Part shown: piece after piece, positions 26,521 through 35,950 of the stretch
How the letters are laid out: each line of letters opens with the position of its first letter
How positions within the stretch are numbered: the first letter of the stretch is position 1
Origin: a virus
Virus genome (UHGV): UHGV-0277313
Length of the DNA: 64,000 nt
Strand: one strand, 5' to 3'
Program-made: the position numbers and the translations under genes
Notes under the pieces: model-generated
Database searches by the model: none
What the model saw: only the letters and a program-made list of their open reading frames with translations
Told to the model about the DNA's origin: nothing

Positions 26521-27792
26521 ATGGAAAAAGAAAAGAAACTGACTGTCGAGAGCGTTCATGAAGAAGAAAAGGTCATGGACGAATTTGACATGACGGAGAT
26601 AGCCAAGAACATTGGTTGTTTTACCCCCGCCCCCAAACAACAGAAACAGCAATTGAATGCACAAGACGTACAGGTGATTGCTGATAAAGTTCTGACTGAA
26701 ATGGACAATGAAGATTTGTCTGATTTGTCTGATGATGAAGTCAAGAAAGAATTTGAAGAACGTCTAGCCAAAGAACGTCAAGAAAAACAAAAGGAGCTTG
26801 ACAAACAAAATGGCAAGACGGCTGTCAAAGTGAAGAAGAAATTAACCAAAGATGAAGACAAGTTTATTGCAAGCAATGATGCGGAAGTTGAAGATTTCCG
26901 TGTCAGAAAGTTGCAAGGCAAGGATCTTCATCATTTGAAGATTGAACGCAATTGTCCGAGAAATACTGTTCTGGATATTTTGCGGACGATGTGTTTGGAG
27001 GTGGAAGCTTTTACGAAAGGGAAGCAGCCTTCAGACTTCAGTGAAACGCCGTGTTTCCTGTCAGTCAAAGATTGGAACAACGACATTCAAGAACTTGCCG
27101 ATGACGAATATTGGGAAGTTGACTTGAAAGAACCGTATGATCTGACAGACGAAACAAAAGGAAAGATTGACGATGATTTGTATCCGTTAATCAATCTTGC
27201 CGTACATTGTTTTTCCTTTTATCGTAAAAAGTCGAATTTCACCGAAGAAGATGGGATTTGGCTTGAAAAGGGTGAAGACGGTGAATGGCAACCGATGTTG
27301 ACGTTTGCAATGAACGTTAACAAACAAATTCGTTCGGTCATGCCGGAGAATGTTGACAAACTGTTTGGCTTTAATTTGATGGACATGTTTTCGAAGAAGT
27401 CTATGGAAGCAATGGCCAAACGTGAAGCGATGTTCAATGACGAAGAGCGTCGTACAGTGGACAGGTTGTTCAAGTACTTTGATCATCTGTTGTTTGATGT
27501 CACGAAAGAAGATTTGATAAAAGAAGTTAAGAACAAATTGCTTGATGTTCCGAAAGCTTTGTACACAACTGTTCAAATCGACATCGACGAAACGGAAGTT
27601 CACTTGATGATGTTCATTGCGATGATGTTGAATAAACTGTCAACAGTCTATACCGGAATGGACATCAAAACATTGGCGAAAACAAAAAGTGGTAACGAGA
27701 AGGTTGATGACAGGTTCAAGACATTTTTCGAAGCCTTTAACGTTGGCAAACAATTGAAAAAGGCGATGAAAGATGGTAAGAATAAAGTTTAA
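26521..27792 (+). CDS. hypothetical protein
   Basis: ORF trimmed to ATG after tggaggttaaaaATG; acidic N-terminal region. Confidence 0.55.
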   Translation: MEKEKKLTVESVHEEEKVMDEFDMTEIAKNIGCFTPAPKQQKQQLNAQDVQVIADKVLTEMDNEDLSDLSDDEVKKEFEERLAKERQEKQKELDKQNGKTAVKVKKKLTKDEDKFIASNDAEVEDFRVRKLQGKDLHHLKIERNCPRNTVLDILRTMCLEVEAFTKGKQPSDFSETPCFLSVKDWNNDIQELADDEYWEVDLKEPYDLTDETKGKIDDDLYPLINLAVHCFSFYRKKSNFTEEDGIWLEKGEDGEWQPMLTFAMNVNKQIRSVMPENVDKLFGFNLMDMFSKKSMEAMAKREAMFNDEERRTVDRLFKYFDHLLFDVTKEDLIKEVKNKLLDVPKALYTTVQIDIDETEVHLMMFIAMMLNKLSTVYTGMDIKTLAKTKSGNEKVDDRFKTFFEAFNVGKQLKKAMKDGKNKV

Positions 27793-27920
27793 ACCGAACA
27801 ACACCACATACAAAGTAATGGTAGACGACCTTGATATGGCAATCAAGGTCGCCTATACAGTTTTGGAATGTCGAAAGGAAGACATTCTTGTCATATCATA
27901 CAATAAGAAAGGAAACAAAA

Positions 27921-28253
27921 ATGACGAAAGCTTTGAATGAAACGAACACGAAACTGTTCTTTATCGACCACATCGAACCTGATTTCAAACTGAACGACGG
28001 AACGATGATTGTGTTCTGTCTTCCGCAGGAAAGTGGTCGTTCGGAAAAATTTGTGAAATTCAAAGTCAGTCCCGATCAGGTTCACGAAGATATTGTAGAT
28101 GGTATCGCGTGTGAAATGGGTTGGGAAGATGTTCACGGCAGTCCCGATGGTTTGTATGACGGATTGTTCATTCGTGTCAGTGATGATGTCATTGGCACAA
28201 AATCCAAAACCCCTGTGGATTTGGATGAAACAAAATTCCAAGTTGAAGAATAA
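27921..28253 (+). CDS. hypothetical protein
   Basis: ORF trimmed to ATG after aaagaaaggaaacaaaaATG. Confidence 0.5.
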   Translation: MTKALNETNTKLFFIDHIEPDFKLNDGTMIVFCLPQESGRSEKFVKFKVSPDQVHEDIVDGIACEMGWEDVHGSPDGLYDGLFIRVSDDVIGTKSKTPVDLDETKFQVEE

Positions 28254-28265
28254 GGGAGGTTAAAC

Positions 28266-28631
28266 ATGAAGCCTGAAACGAAACTGTTTAAACTGATCGA
28301 CGAAATCTTGACAGCCAAAAAGGCGAAGAAAGAGTTGGACAGTAAGATTGAAAAAGCCGAAGAGACGATTGTCAAACTTGTCGGCGATGTTCAGAAAACA
28401 TCTGTTGAACGTGACGGGGTGGTTTATTCCGTCACGATTGGTGAAAACGTCCGATACGCTTTGGTTGAAGAGGGCAAACGGAAAATGTTGAATGACGTTC
28501 CGTTTGAGTCAGCCTTGTGGAAGAAGACGCCTGACATTGGTGAATGTCTTGAGGATGATGTGATGAAAGAATATGTCATTCGAAAGGACTTTACACCGAA
28601 AGTCATCATCAAAACGGATAAAATCAAATAG
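28266..28631 (+). CDS. hypothetical protein
   Basis: 121-aa ORF, SD gggaggttaaacATG. Confidence 0.55.
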   Translation: MKPETKLFKLIDEILTAKKAKKELDSKIEKAEETIVKLVGDVQKTSVERDGVVYSVTIGENVRYALVEEGKRKMLNDVPFESALWKKTPDIGECLEDDVMKEYVIRKDFTPKVIIKTDKIK

Positions 28632-28646
28632 GAAAATAATTTCCTA

Positions 28647-28675
28647 TTGACAAACAACGAGTAACCGTATAGATA
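28647..28675 (+). promoter_or_regulatory. sigma70-like promoter (TTCCTATTGACAAA box, -10 TAGATA) overlapping a terminator hairpin
   Basis: ttgacaaacaacgagtaaccgtatagata; hairpin aaccgtataga...tctatacggtt followed by tttt. Confidence 0.5.
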
Positions 28676-28726
28676 TAGTGTCTATACGGTTTTGTTATAC
28701 AACCCAAACTTAAAGGAGTAATTATC

Positions 28727-30025
28727 ATGGGTATGTCTTTTAACGAATCGATCAAAGCCATTGACACCATTCGTGCTTGCACGATCAACAACGGAGCGTC
28801 GATTGTTCCGTTGCTGTTGGGTGAAACAGGTATTGGTAAAACCGAACTGGTTCGTGAATATTGTCAAGAGAACAACTTGACGTTGATTACAATTCACGTT
28901 TCGCAGATTGAACCGTCTGACTTGACTGGCTTGTTCAAAATCAACAAGTACGGTAAGACGGATAACTGTTCACCGTCTTGGTTGCCGTGGCTGTCTGAAG
29001 CCGAGTTTGCGAAAATTCAAGAAAGCGGTGCCGTCGAGGTGGAAGTGTTGAATACCTTGAAAGAAGGTGTCATTAACCCGAACGGTGGTATCGTCTTTTT
29101 GGATGAAGTCAACCGTGGTCATGAAGACATCAGACAGTCTTTGTATCAGCTGATTAACGAACGTCGTATGCATACGTTCACCTTGCCGAACAATTACACG
29201 ATTGTGGCAGCGGCGAACCCGTCAAACGGTTATGAAACGTATGACTTCGATAGAGCGTTGGTCAACCGTTTCGCATGGATTGATTTTCAACCGAAAGCGA
29301 AAGAAACTGTTGATTACTTGACGGGTAAGTATTCGACTTCGCCTGTGGTTCAATGGTTGAAGAACAACGAAGAAATGATTGAACTGTGTGCTGTTGACAA
29401 GAATGGTGCGCCGATTTCGAATGACATGGACGATCAGAAAACTATGTCACCCCGTATTTTGGAACAGGGTATCATCTTGTTGGAAGAAATGCACCGTCGT
29501 CATTATCCGCAGAAGTTGAAAAATCAGATTTTGCGGTCAATCTGGAAGAAGAGCGATGTGGAAAGCTACTTGTCTTTCGATGAAGAAGCTGAAAACGCTA
29601 TTGAACTGGAAGACATCTTTACCGGAAAATGGAAGGAACCTGTCAAGAAGTATGTTGAACAACAGAAACTTGATTTGTTGTCGGTCATTGTTTCCCGTAT
29701 GGCGCGGTTCTTTGTTGATTATGAATTCAGCAAGCCGCGTACTGACAAGGAAAGCAAAATGGTCGAGAACGTGGTCGCTTTCTATCACGCCGTTCCTGAA
29801 GAATTGTGTGTAACGTTCTTGAGTGCTTGCACGAATAAATACTTTGAGACGAAAGATGGTCGGAAGTATTTCGGCAAGAATTGCAAGGACGGCAAGTTGA
29901 TTGTCAATGAACATCACTTGTGCATGCAGCCGGAATTTTCTGGTGGCAAAACACAGTATTCCGACAAGGAAATCGGTTCGGTTTTGAAAGGTTCGAAGAA
30001 CATCGGAGCCGCAACGAATAAGTAA
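28727..30025 (+). CDS. MoxR-family AAA+ ATPase
   Basis: Walker A GETGIGKT, Walker B IVFLDEVNR, sensor VAAANP and ALVNRF motifs. Confidence 0.75.
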   Translation: MGMSFNESIKAIDTIRACTINNGASIVPLLLGETGIGKTELVREYCQENNLTLITIHVSQIEPSDLTGLFKINKYGKTDNCSPSWLPWLSEAEFAKIQESGAVEVEVLNTLKEGVINPNGGIVFLDEVNRGHEDIRQSLYQLINERRMHTFTLPNNYTIVAAANPSNGYETYDFDRALVNRFAWIDFQPKAKETVDYLTGKYSTSPVVQWLKNNEEMIELCAVDKNGAPISNDMDDQKTMSPRILEQGIILLEEMHRRHYPQKLKNQILRSIWKKSDVESYLSFDEEAENAIELEDIFTGKWKEPVKKYVEQQKLDLLSVIVSRMARFFVDYEFSKPRTDKESKMVENVVAFYHAVPEELCVTFLSACTNKYFETKDGRKYFGKNCKDGKLIVNEHHLCMQPEFSGGKTQYSDKEIGSVLKGSKNIGAATNK

Positions 30026-30035
30026 AACAAATAAA

Positions 30036-30068
30036 GGGAAGGAGTTGAAACATATTCCTTCCCTTTTC
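30036..30068 (+). terminator. intrinsic terminator
   Basis: gggaagga-gttgaaacatat-tccttccc followed by tttt. Confidence 0.7.
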
Positions 30069-30088
30069 ACAACATTAAGGAGAACACA

Positions 30089-31363
30089 ATGACGACACAT
30101 ACCCTTGATGAACTGATTACCGCGACATTTGTTGCAACAGATGCAGACGGTAAAACGAATTCATACTATGCATTGGTCTTGAGTAAATGCAAGAAATATG
30201 CAAGTAAAGAAGTTCCGACGATGGGCGTTTGTTTCGACCAACGTGGAAAATTGGTTCTGTTGTGGAACCCTGACTTTCTTCGAAAGTTAACAGATGGTGA
30301 AGCGATTGCAGTGCTGAAACATGAAGCGATGCATATCTTCTTTAAACATCTGGCAAGGTTTCAGACAAAGAAAAATCACGAACGTGTGAACATCGCAACT
30401 GATATGGCAATCAATCAGTATTTGAGAGGATTGCCCGCAGGTTGTCAATTGCCTGAAACATACAATCTTCCGAGAGGTTTGTCAGCTGATGCATACTTGA
30501 AAGCATTGGAAGAACAAAACATCGCCGATCAGAAAAAGATGAAAGCATCAGGTGGTCAGGCAGGACAATCTGGTAAAGGTGGTAAAGGCGATAAAGACGA
30601 TGAAGGTGACGGTGATGGAAGCAGCGCCGGAACTGACAATCACGATACGTGGGATAAAGTCGTTGATGAAAATGGTAAAATCATCGGCGATACTGAAAGT
30701 GAAGGAGTTGATACACAATCGACACTGGATCGTATTTCACGAGCTGTTGCACAACGAATGAAAGAGAAAGGTGATACACCTGCATGGGCAACAGCAGTGG
30801 TTGACAATATGGATAAGAAATCAAAACACAATTGGAAAAACGAATTGCGGGTTTTGGTTAATTCCGTCTTGTCAACTGATAAACGTCGTTCGCAGAAACA
30901 TGTGGACAGAAGAATGATTTGTATCACAGATGACTTCTTGTTTCCTGGTAAAAAGAAAGACAGAAAGCCGTCAGTGTTATTGGTCAGAGATACTTCTGGT
31001 TCAATGTTTAATCCTGAAACACAAGCAGCGGTTTTGACTGAAATGGTGGCAATCAGTCGCAGGGCAGAGGTTCTGGTTTGCGATTGTGATGTGACCGTTC
31101 ATCAAGTCTATAAAGTCAGAAAACAATCTGATTTTAAAGAATATAAAGGTGGCGGTGGAACATCGTTCGTGCAACCTTTTGAGGAAGCCAAGAAACGAAA
31201 CGTTGATGCGGTCATTTATTTGACAGACTTGTATGGTGAATTTCCTGATCCGAGAAACATCGGGAAGTATGCAAGAAACACCGTATGGGTGACTGTTGAA
31301 AAAGATGCTGATACAAGAGACCCGCCGTTTGGTAAGGTTGTTCGTATTCAGGACGAGTTGTAA
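30089..31363 (+). CDS. VWA-domain protein with N-terminal HExxH metallopeptidase-like region (partner of MoxR ATPase)
   Basis: VLKHEAMHIFFKH (HExxH) near N-terminus; MIDAS motif LLVRDTSGSM in C-terminal half; Gly/Asp-rich linker. Confidence 0.65.
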   Translation: MTTHTLDELITATFVATDADGKTNSYYALVLSKCKKYASKEVPTMGVCFDQRGKLVLLWNPDFLRKLTDGEAIAVLKHEAMHIFFKHLARFQTKKNHERVNIATDMAINQYLRGLPAGCQLPETYNLPRGLSADAYLKALEEQNIADQKKMKASGGQAGQSGKGGKGDKDDEGDGDGSSAGTDNHDTWDKVVDENGKIIGDTESEGVDTQSTLDRISRAVAQRMKEKGDTPAWATAVVDNMDKKSKHNWKNELRVLVNSVLSTDKRRSQKHVDRRMICITDDFLFPGKKKDRKPSVLLVRDTSGSMFNPETQAAVLTEMVAISRRAEVLVCDCDVTVHQVYKVRKQSDFKEYKGGGGTSFVQPFEEAKKRNVDAVIYLTDLYGEFPDPRNIGKYARNTVWVTVEKDADTRDPPFGKVVRIQDEL

Positions 31364-31371
31364 ACATAATT

Positions 31372-31402
31372 GGGGGAGGAGTGAAAATTCCTTCCCTTTT
31401 TC
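31372..31402 (+). terminator. intrinsic terminator (imperfect hairpin + T-run)
   Basis: ggggaggagtgaaaattccttccc then tttttcttt. Confidence 0.5.
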
Positions 31403-31421
31403 TTTATATGGGAGAAAAACA

Positions 31422-31946
31422 ATGGAAGAAAATGCAAATGAGATTAAACCTGTTGTTGGTCATTGTTTGGTCAATGGTGCAAGTTATTCTTTACCGATTA
31501 ACGGAAATACGATTATCGAACGTTGTGCTTCAGATAAAAAGTATATCAACCAAAGAAGTGTCATCTGTGAAAAGGAAGACAATGCCGCTAAAATTGTTGT
31601 CGGGTTGAGTGCTTTCTTCAATACTGATGAACGAACACAATTGTTCAGTATCACTGACCCGAAAGACAAACAAAAGAAAATCTTAATCATTCGAGTCAAT
31701 GGAGATTTCGCCGTTGTGTTATTTCATGACTTCGAATGTGTTGTAGCAACAAACGCTTCCAAAACAAAATACAATTCATTTGTATTCAACGATAAATTGA
31801 AATACGAAACTTTCCGTCACGGTGATCATTGCACAATCACCTTAACGAAATCCAAACGTTTCTATGGGACAATCAAAGAATACTTCGAACAGAATGGTTG
31901 TCACTTCGATATCGTTTTGGGTGAATTGATGATGGAGATGTTATAA
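31422..31946 (+). CDS. hypothetical protein
   Basis: ORF trimmed to ATG after gggagaaaaacaATG. Confidence 0.5.
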   Translation: MEENANEIKPVVGHCLVNGASYSLPINGNTIIERCASDKKYINQRSVICEKEDNAAKIVVGLSAFFNTDERTQLFSITDPKDKQKKILIIRVNGDFAVVLFHDFECVVATNASKTKYNSFVFNDKLKYETFRHGDHCTITLTKSKRFYGTIKEYFEQNGCHFDIVLGELMMEML

Positions 31947-31957
31947 GGGAGGTTAAA

Positions 31958-32662
31958 ATGTTAACCAAAGAACAACGTGAACATTTCGACAGCTTGAATG
32001 CAAGAGTTCAGTTAGAATATGACTATGAACAAGCAGGGTTCGATTTTGCGGACATATTTAAAAAAGTCAGAGAGACCGGAGAGAATGGCAATATTTATAT
32101 GTTGGCATTTGACAATCCGTTTGGTGACAGTGATGATCCTGATTTACAAGACATCGTCGATGCAAAGAAGCTTGCTTGTGAGTCATTCAATACGTTGCGT
32201 GAAGTGGCAAGCGATGCGGCTGATTTTTCCTTTGACAAACAGGAATATGATGATGATTTCTGTCACAACATGAGCGACATCTTAAGCAGTCTTCAATGGA
32301 CTGAAAAGGCAATCGAAGCCTTGCAACCGTATTTCGTAATACCCGTGGAAATATATGAAACATGTGGGTATAGTCAAGGTGATTATGCATACGTTGTTTT
32401 ATTTGATAAAGACGTTACAGATAAAAAGCGTAACGAAGAAGTAAAACAATCTATCGATCACGCTTTTTGGGACGCGCCTATCTATTGTCGATTGGCCTTT
32501 GGTGACGGTTCTGACTTTCTTGCTGATAGCGTTGACCGTTATGAGTACGATAAAGAAGAATACGCACATGATTTGGCAGAACAAGTAAAGAGTGAAATTC
32601 CTGACATTGAAGCATTCGAGGAATATCTTCTTGAAATAATGCCCGATGAACCAACAAGTTAA
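31958..32662 (+). CDS. acidic hypothetical protein
   Basis: 234-aa ORF, SD aagggaggttaaaATG. Confidence 0.55.
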   Translation: MLTKEQREHFDSLNARVQLEYDYEQAGFDFADIFKKVRETGENGNIYMLAFDNPFGDSDDPDLQDIVDAKKLACESFNTLREVASDAADFSFDKQEYDDDFCHNMSDILSSLQWTEKAIEALQPYFVIPVEIYETCGYSQGDYAYVVLFDKDVTDKKRNEEVKQSIDHAFWDAPIYCRLAFGDGSDFLADSVDRYEYDKEEYAHDLAEQVKSEIPDIEAFEEYLLEIMPDEPTS

Positions 32663-32673
32663 TGGAGGTTAAA

Positions 32674-33270
32674 ATGAAAACAATAACAGTGAAAACATTG
32701 CAAGGTTTAAAAGAAGCTTTGCAAAGTGAAGAAAAGAACTTGCAGATTTCATTCATCAACAAAAAGATACAATCTTTTCCGAAGATGAATATCGAACGTA
32801 AGGCAGGTGTGATTATCTTGAAGTTATACACACCTAAACTGAAAACCTTGAAGAATGTTCCGGTTGTGTCACCGACTATAAATTGGCTCGATGTTGAGGA
32901 AGCCAACTTGACGAAAATCGAAACAGCGGCTGAATGTAACATCACAAATCCTTGTGTGTGCTATTTGTCTTGTCTGAAAGATGACGATGTGGAAGTCACA
33001 AAAGAATCGGTTTTAAATTCAGGATTTCTCAGGATTGTGTTTGCATGGCAACAATTCACAAAAGGTTATATGCATGCAATCTTTGAAAAGGAATTGACGC
33101 CAAGAGCTTGTATCCCTGAAATGATATGTTCGGATTACAGTAACCTTAAAATCATCGATGCCTTCAAGGATATTGTTAAACAGGAAAACATGTTGACAAC
33201 AATAGAAATATTGATGGCACGCAGGGTTTTGGAAACGGACATTGGAGAGTTAACCTTTTCAACAATATGA
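32674..33270 (+). CDS. hypothetical protein
   Basis: ORF from second ATG after atggaggttaaaATG. Confidence 0.5.
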   Translation: MKTITVKTLQGLKEALQSEEKNLQISFINKKIQSFPKMNIERKAGVIILKLYTPKLKTLKNVPVVSPTINWLDVEEANLTKIETAAECNITNPCVCYLSCLKDDDVEVTKESVLNSGFLRIVFAWQQFTKGYMHAIFEKELTPRACIPEMICSDYSNLKIIDAFKDIVKQENMLTTIEILMARRVLETDIGELTFSTI

Positions 33271-33280
33271 GAGGTGTGAT

Positions 33281-33877
33281 ATGTCAAAATATAAAAGTCG
33301 ATTATTGCAATCGGTTGAAGGAAAAGAAAGGATCGCTTTTTTAGATGTTTTCGATCCTCTCGTGAGGGAAGCAGTTGACTTTAATGACTTTCCTAAAGCA
33401 ATGACACGTATCACAGCGTTGTGTGACAGTTGTGATGGTATCAAGTATGATGAAAATATCGAAGCAATCGATTTGGCATCAGATAGTCACACAATCAAAC
33501 ATTTGGAACTGTTAGATAAAGCACCCGATATGAGTTTATATCTGACAGTTAAATTGACTGGCAAACCTGAAGACAATGATGAATTGTTGGAAGATTTGAA
33601 ACAGTTGAAAAAGGTTCAGGTACGACAGTTTATTCTTATTCTTACTGCTGGTGAAGATATGACTTGGCAACAAGAAAAAGAAGCTTTGTTGTATATCCTT
33701 CCTAAAATAACTTTGCCGCACATTCAAGAATTGTGTAGTATTAATATCGGGTCAGATAGAGCACTATTCTTTATGCCAAGAGAAAAGGATGAAACGGATT
33801 TATTACTGGAAGGGGCAATTAAACAAGCGGAAGATTTTCGTCGAACAGTTGGAGAAGATTGTTTGATAACGCTTTGA
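33281..33877 (+). CDS. hypothetical protein
   Basis: 198-aa ORF, SD gagaggtgtgatATG. Confidence 0.55.
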   Translation: MSKYKSRLLQSVEGKERIAFLDVFDPLVREAVDFNDFPKAMTRITALCDSCDGIKYDENIEAIDLASDSHTIKHLELLDKAPDMSLYLTVKLTGKPEDNDELLEDLKQLKKVQVRQFILILTAGEDMTWQQEKEALLYILPKITLPHIQELCSINIGSDRALFFMPREKDETDLLLEGAIKQAEDFRRTVGEDCLITL

Positions 33878-33891
33878 AAGGTAGGTGTATT

Positions 33892-34335
33892 ATGTTACCT
33901 TTATACGGTTACGCCTGTGAAGTCGATAAGACGTATAAACAATCTTGGTTGAGTATGTATCAAGATAAAAAATATAATATCGTTTTATCGAAGACTGTGA
34001 TGATGGGTGGACATCGCAGATTTCAAGTGATACAGCACCCAAGATGTGAATTAGAATGTCTGAAACAATTCAAAACTTGTGAAGAGGGAATAGATTTCAT
34101 CTGTGAACTAAACCCGTATTCCGAAGATGTTTGGGTTGTAAAAAAGGACGAACGATTTGGGTTATACATCAGAAGTGTTGGAATTGTCAACATGTATAAC
34201 ACACCGTCTTGGCAGCCCGTTTTCAGTGAAAGTTTTTTTGAACTGATTGAACAGTGGCGTGGGACATTATCATCGGCAACAGAACACTATAAACATATAA
34301 ATGATGATGGTGTTGGTTGCCTTTATACAATATGA
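33892..34335 (+). CDS. hypothetical protein
   Basis: ORF trimmed to ATG after aaggtaggtgtattATG. Confidence 0.5.
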   Translation: MLPLYGYACEVDKTYKQSWLSMYQDKKYNIVLSKTVMMGGHRRFQVIQHPRCELECLKQFKTCEEGIDFICELNPYSEDVWVVKKDERFGLYIRSVGIVNMYNTPSWQPVFSESFFELIEQWRGTLSSATEHYKHINDDGVGCLYTI

Positions 34336-34347
34336 AAGGGAAAAGCA

Positions 34348-34608
34348 ATGAAACAGTTTTATCAGCGTTGGGCAATGGATTGCACAGTGGAAAAAGGAAC
34401 AGGACAATGGTGGGTGTTAACGGACCCCGAAGGAACTAAAACTTTGGTATCGTATGATACACCCGTCGTGCGTCAGTATAAAGACGGAACGATGGTTCGA
34501 TTTGTTGAGAATTGTTCAATGACAACATTTCAACACATCAGAAAGTGGTCAGGTTTAAGAGCAGACGAATTCCGCGAATTGCCGATTGTCCCTATTGAAA
34601 GAGGTTAA
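34348..34608 (+). CDS. hypothetical protein
   Basis: 86-aa ORF, SD gaaagggaaaagcaATG. Confidence 0.5.
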   Translation: MKQFYQRWAMDCTVEKGTGQWWVLTDPEGTKTLVSYDTPVVRQYKDGTMVRFVENCSMTTFQHIRKWSGLRADEFRELPIVPIERG

Positions 34609-34611
34609 ACA

Positions 34612-34800
34612 ATGCCGAATGTAAGTAAGGTAAGACAACTTGCACGACAAACACTGGAAATGATGCAAACTGATTTGACTGATGAAGAAAAAGAGGATTG
34701 CATTGATTACGCATGGACATTGAACGATTTGGGAATGTCTGAACGTGAAGCAGTGATTGCCGCGTGTAAAGAATTTGTTTTGAAAGAAAGGAGTTTCTGA
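34612..34800 (+). CDS. hypothetical protein
   Basis: 62-aa ORF, SD agaggttaaacaATG. Confidence 0.45.
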   Translation: MPNVSKVRQLARQTLEMMQTDLTDEEKEDCIDYAWTLNDLGMSEREAVIAACKEFVLKERSF

Positions 34801-34801
34801 A

Positions 34802-35290
34802 ATGTCATACACGCCTTTATCAGAAAAATCAAGAAAGAACATAGCGAAGGAAATCGAGTCAGTGCAACATCTTATCACACTGATTCCGCAGGTTCAAGAA
34901 GTCATTAAGAAGTATGACGGAGCGGAACCGACGACACGAACGATTAACAAAATCAGAAAGGAATTAAGCAAGATCGACAAATACCTTGACTATAGCTATG
35001 CATACAGTCACATCAAGGTTGATCACAACGATTATCAAAATGAAATTGAGACTTATCATTGCCTGTATTCCGTATATGATGTGACTGATAAGCTGATATA
35101 CAAGGAAGAATCCTTTGAAGAACATAAGGAATACTTTCAAAAGTATATTAAAAAGTTTCAGAACTTCCTTGTGAGGGAAAAGTTGTTGTTGGAAAGCTTG
35201 CAACAGATTACGGAAACATACAATGCAGTGGTTGAGGAAATCCCGACAGTTTGTCAAAGACTGATTGGTGTAAGGGTTTCACGCTTTTAA
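34802..35290 (+). CDS. hypothetical protein
   Basis: 162-aa ORF, SD aaggagtttctgaaATG. Confidence 0.55.
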   Translation: MSYTPLSEKSRKNIAKEIESVQHLITLIPQVQEVIKKYDGAEPTTRTINKIRKELSKIDKYLDYSYAYSHIKVDHNDYQNEIETYHCLYSVYDVTDKLIYKEESFEEHKEYFQKYIKKFQNFLVREKLLLESLQQITETYNAVVEEIPTVCQRLIGVRVSRF

Positions 35291-35303
35291 AAGGAGTTTG
35301 ACA

Positions 35304-35753
35304 ATGATTAAAGAGTGTGATAAGAAAGATGCAACGTTAGCTTTTATCATTCAGTCATTGGCTGAAGAAGGCGGTGTACAGTTGCACGGAAAACAAACAG
35401 ATGTGAACCGTATCAAAGGGAATATTGGTTCACAATTAACAATCAAGACTAAAGTTCCTATTACTAAAAGTCTGATTGATGCACTGAACGAAATGGAAGA
35501 TACAGCAACAATAAGCTTGACTTCTTTATCAGAAACGGTCAATATGTTTAAACAAAAACAAGAAGCTATGGAAAACAGTATGAAAAAACTGTTGGACATT
35601 GTTACACGATTGACAAATGCTGTTGATAACTTCGCAGCAGAGAATTGTGAAAGCCTTGACGATGTGAAAGAGTTTGAAGAAACATACAACGTAAAGGTCA
35701 GTAACACACTGAAAGAGGAATTCAAAGCGATTGAAGAAATACGCGAGAGGTGA
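35304..35753 (+). CDS. hypothetical protein
   Basis: ORF from ATG after aaaaggagtttgacaATG. Confidence 0.55.
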   Translation: MIKECDKKDATLAFIIQSLAEEGGVQLHGKQTDVNRIKGNIGSQLTIKTKVPITKSLIDALNEMEDTATISLTSLSETVNMFKQKQEAMENSMKKLLDIVTRLTNAVDNFAAENCESLDDVKEFEETYNVKVSNTLKEEFKAIEEIRER

Positions 35754-35755
35754 AT

Positions 35756-35947
35756 ATGAAATCTAAAGAAAAGAGTAATGAAACATTGACAATGGCAAGG
35801 TTGGAAGGAACGAGTATAGCTTTACATCGTTTCAGTATAGTCCTTGCCGTTGTCGTGTTTTTTGGGGCAATGACTTTACAAGGAACATATGATCCTGTCA
35901 GTAAAGCAATTCAACAGATACGGTTGCAAGAAATACGGGGAGAATAA
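35756..35947 (+). CDS. small membrane protein
   Basis: TM segment FSIVLAVVVFFGAMTL. Confidence 0.45.
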   Translation: MKSKEKSNETLTMARLEGTSIALHRFSIVLAVVVFFGAMTLQGTYDPVSKAIQQIRLQEIRGE

Positions 35948-35950
35948 ACA

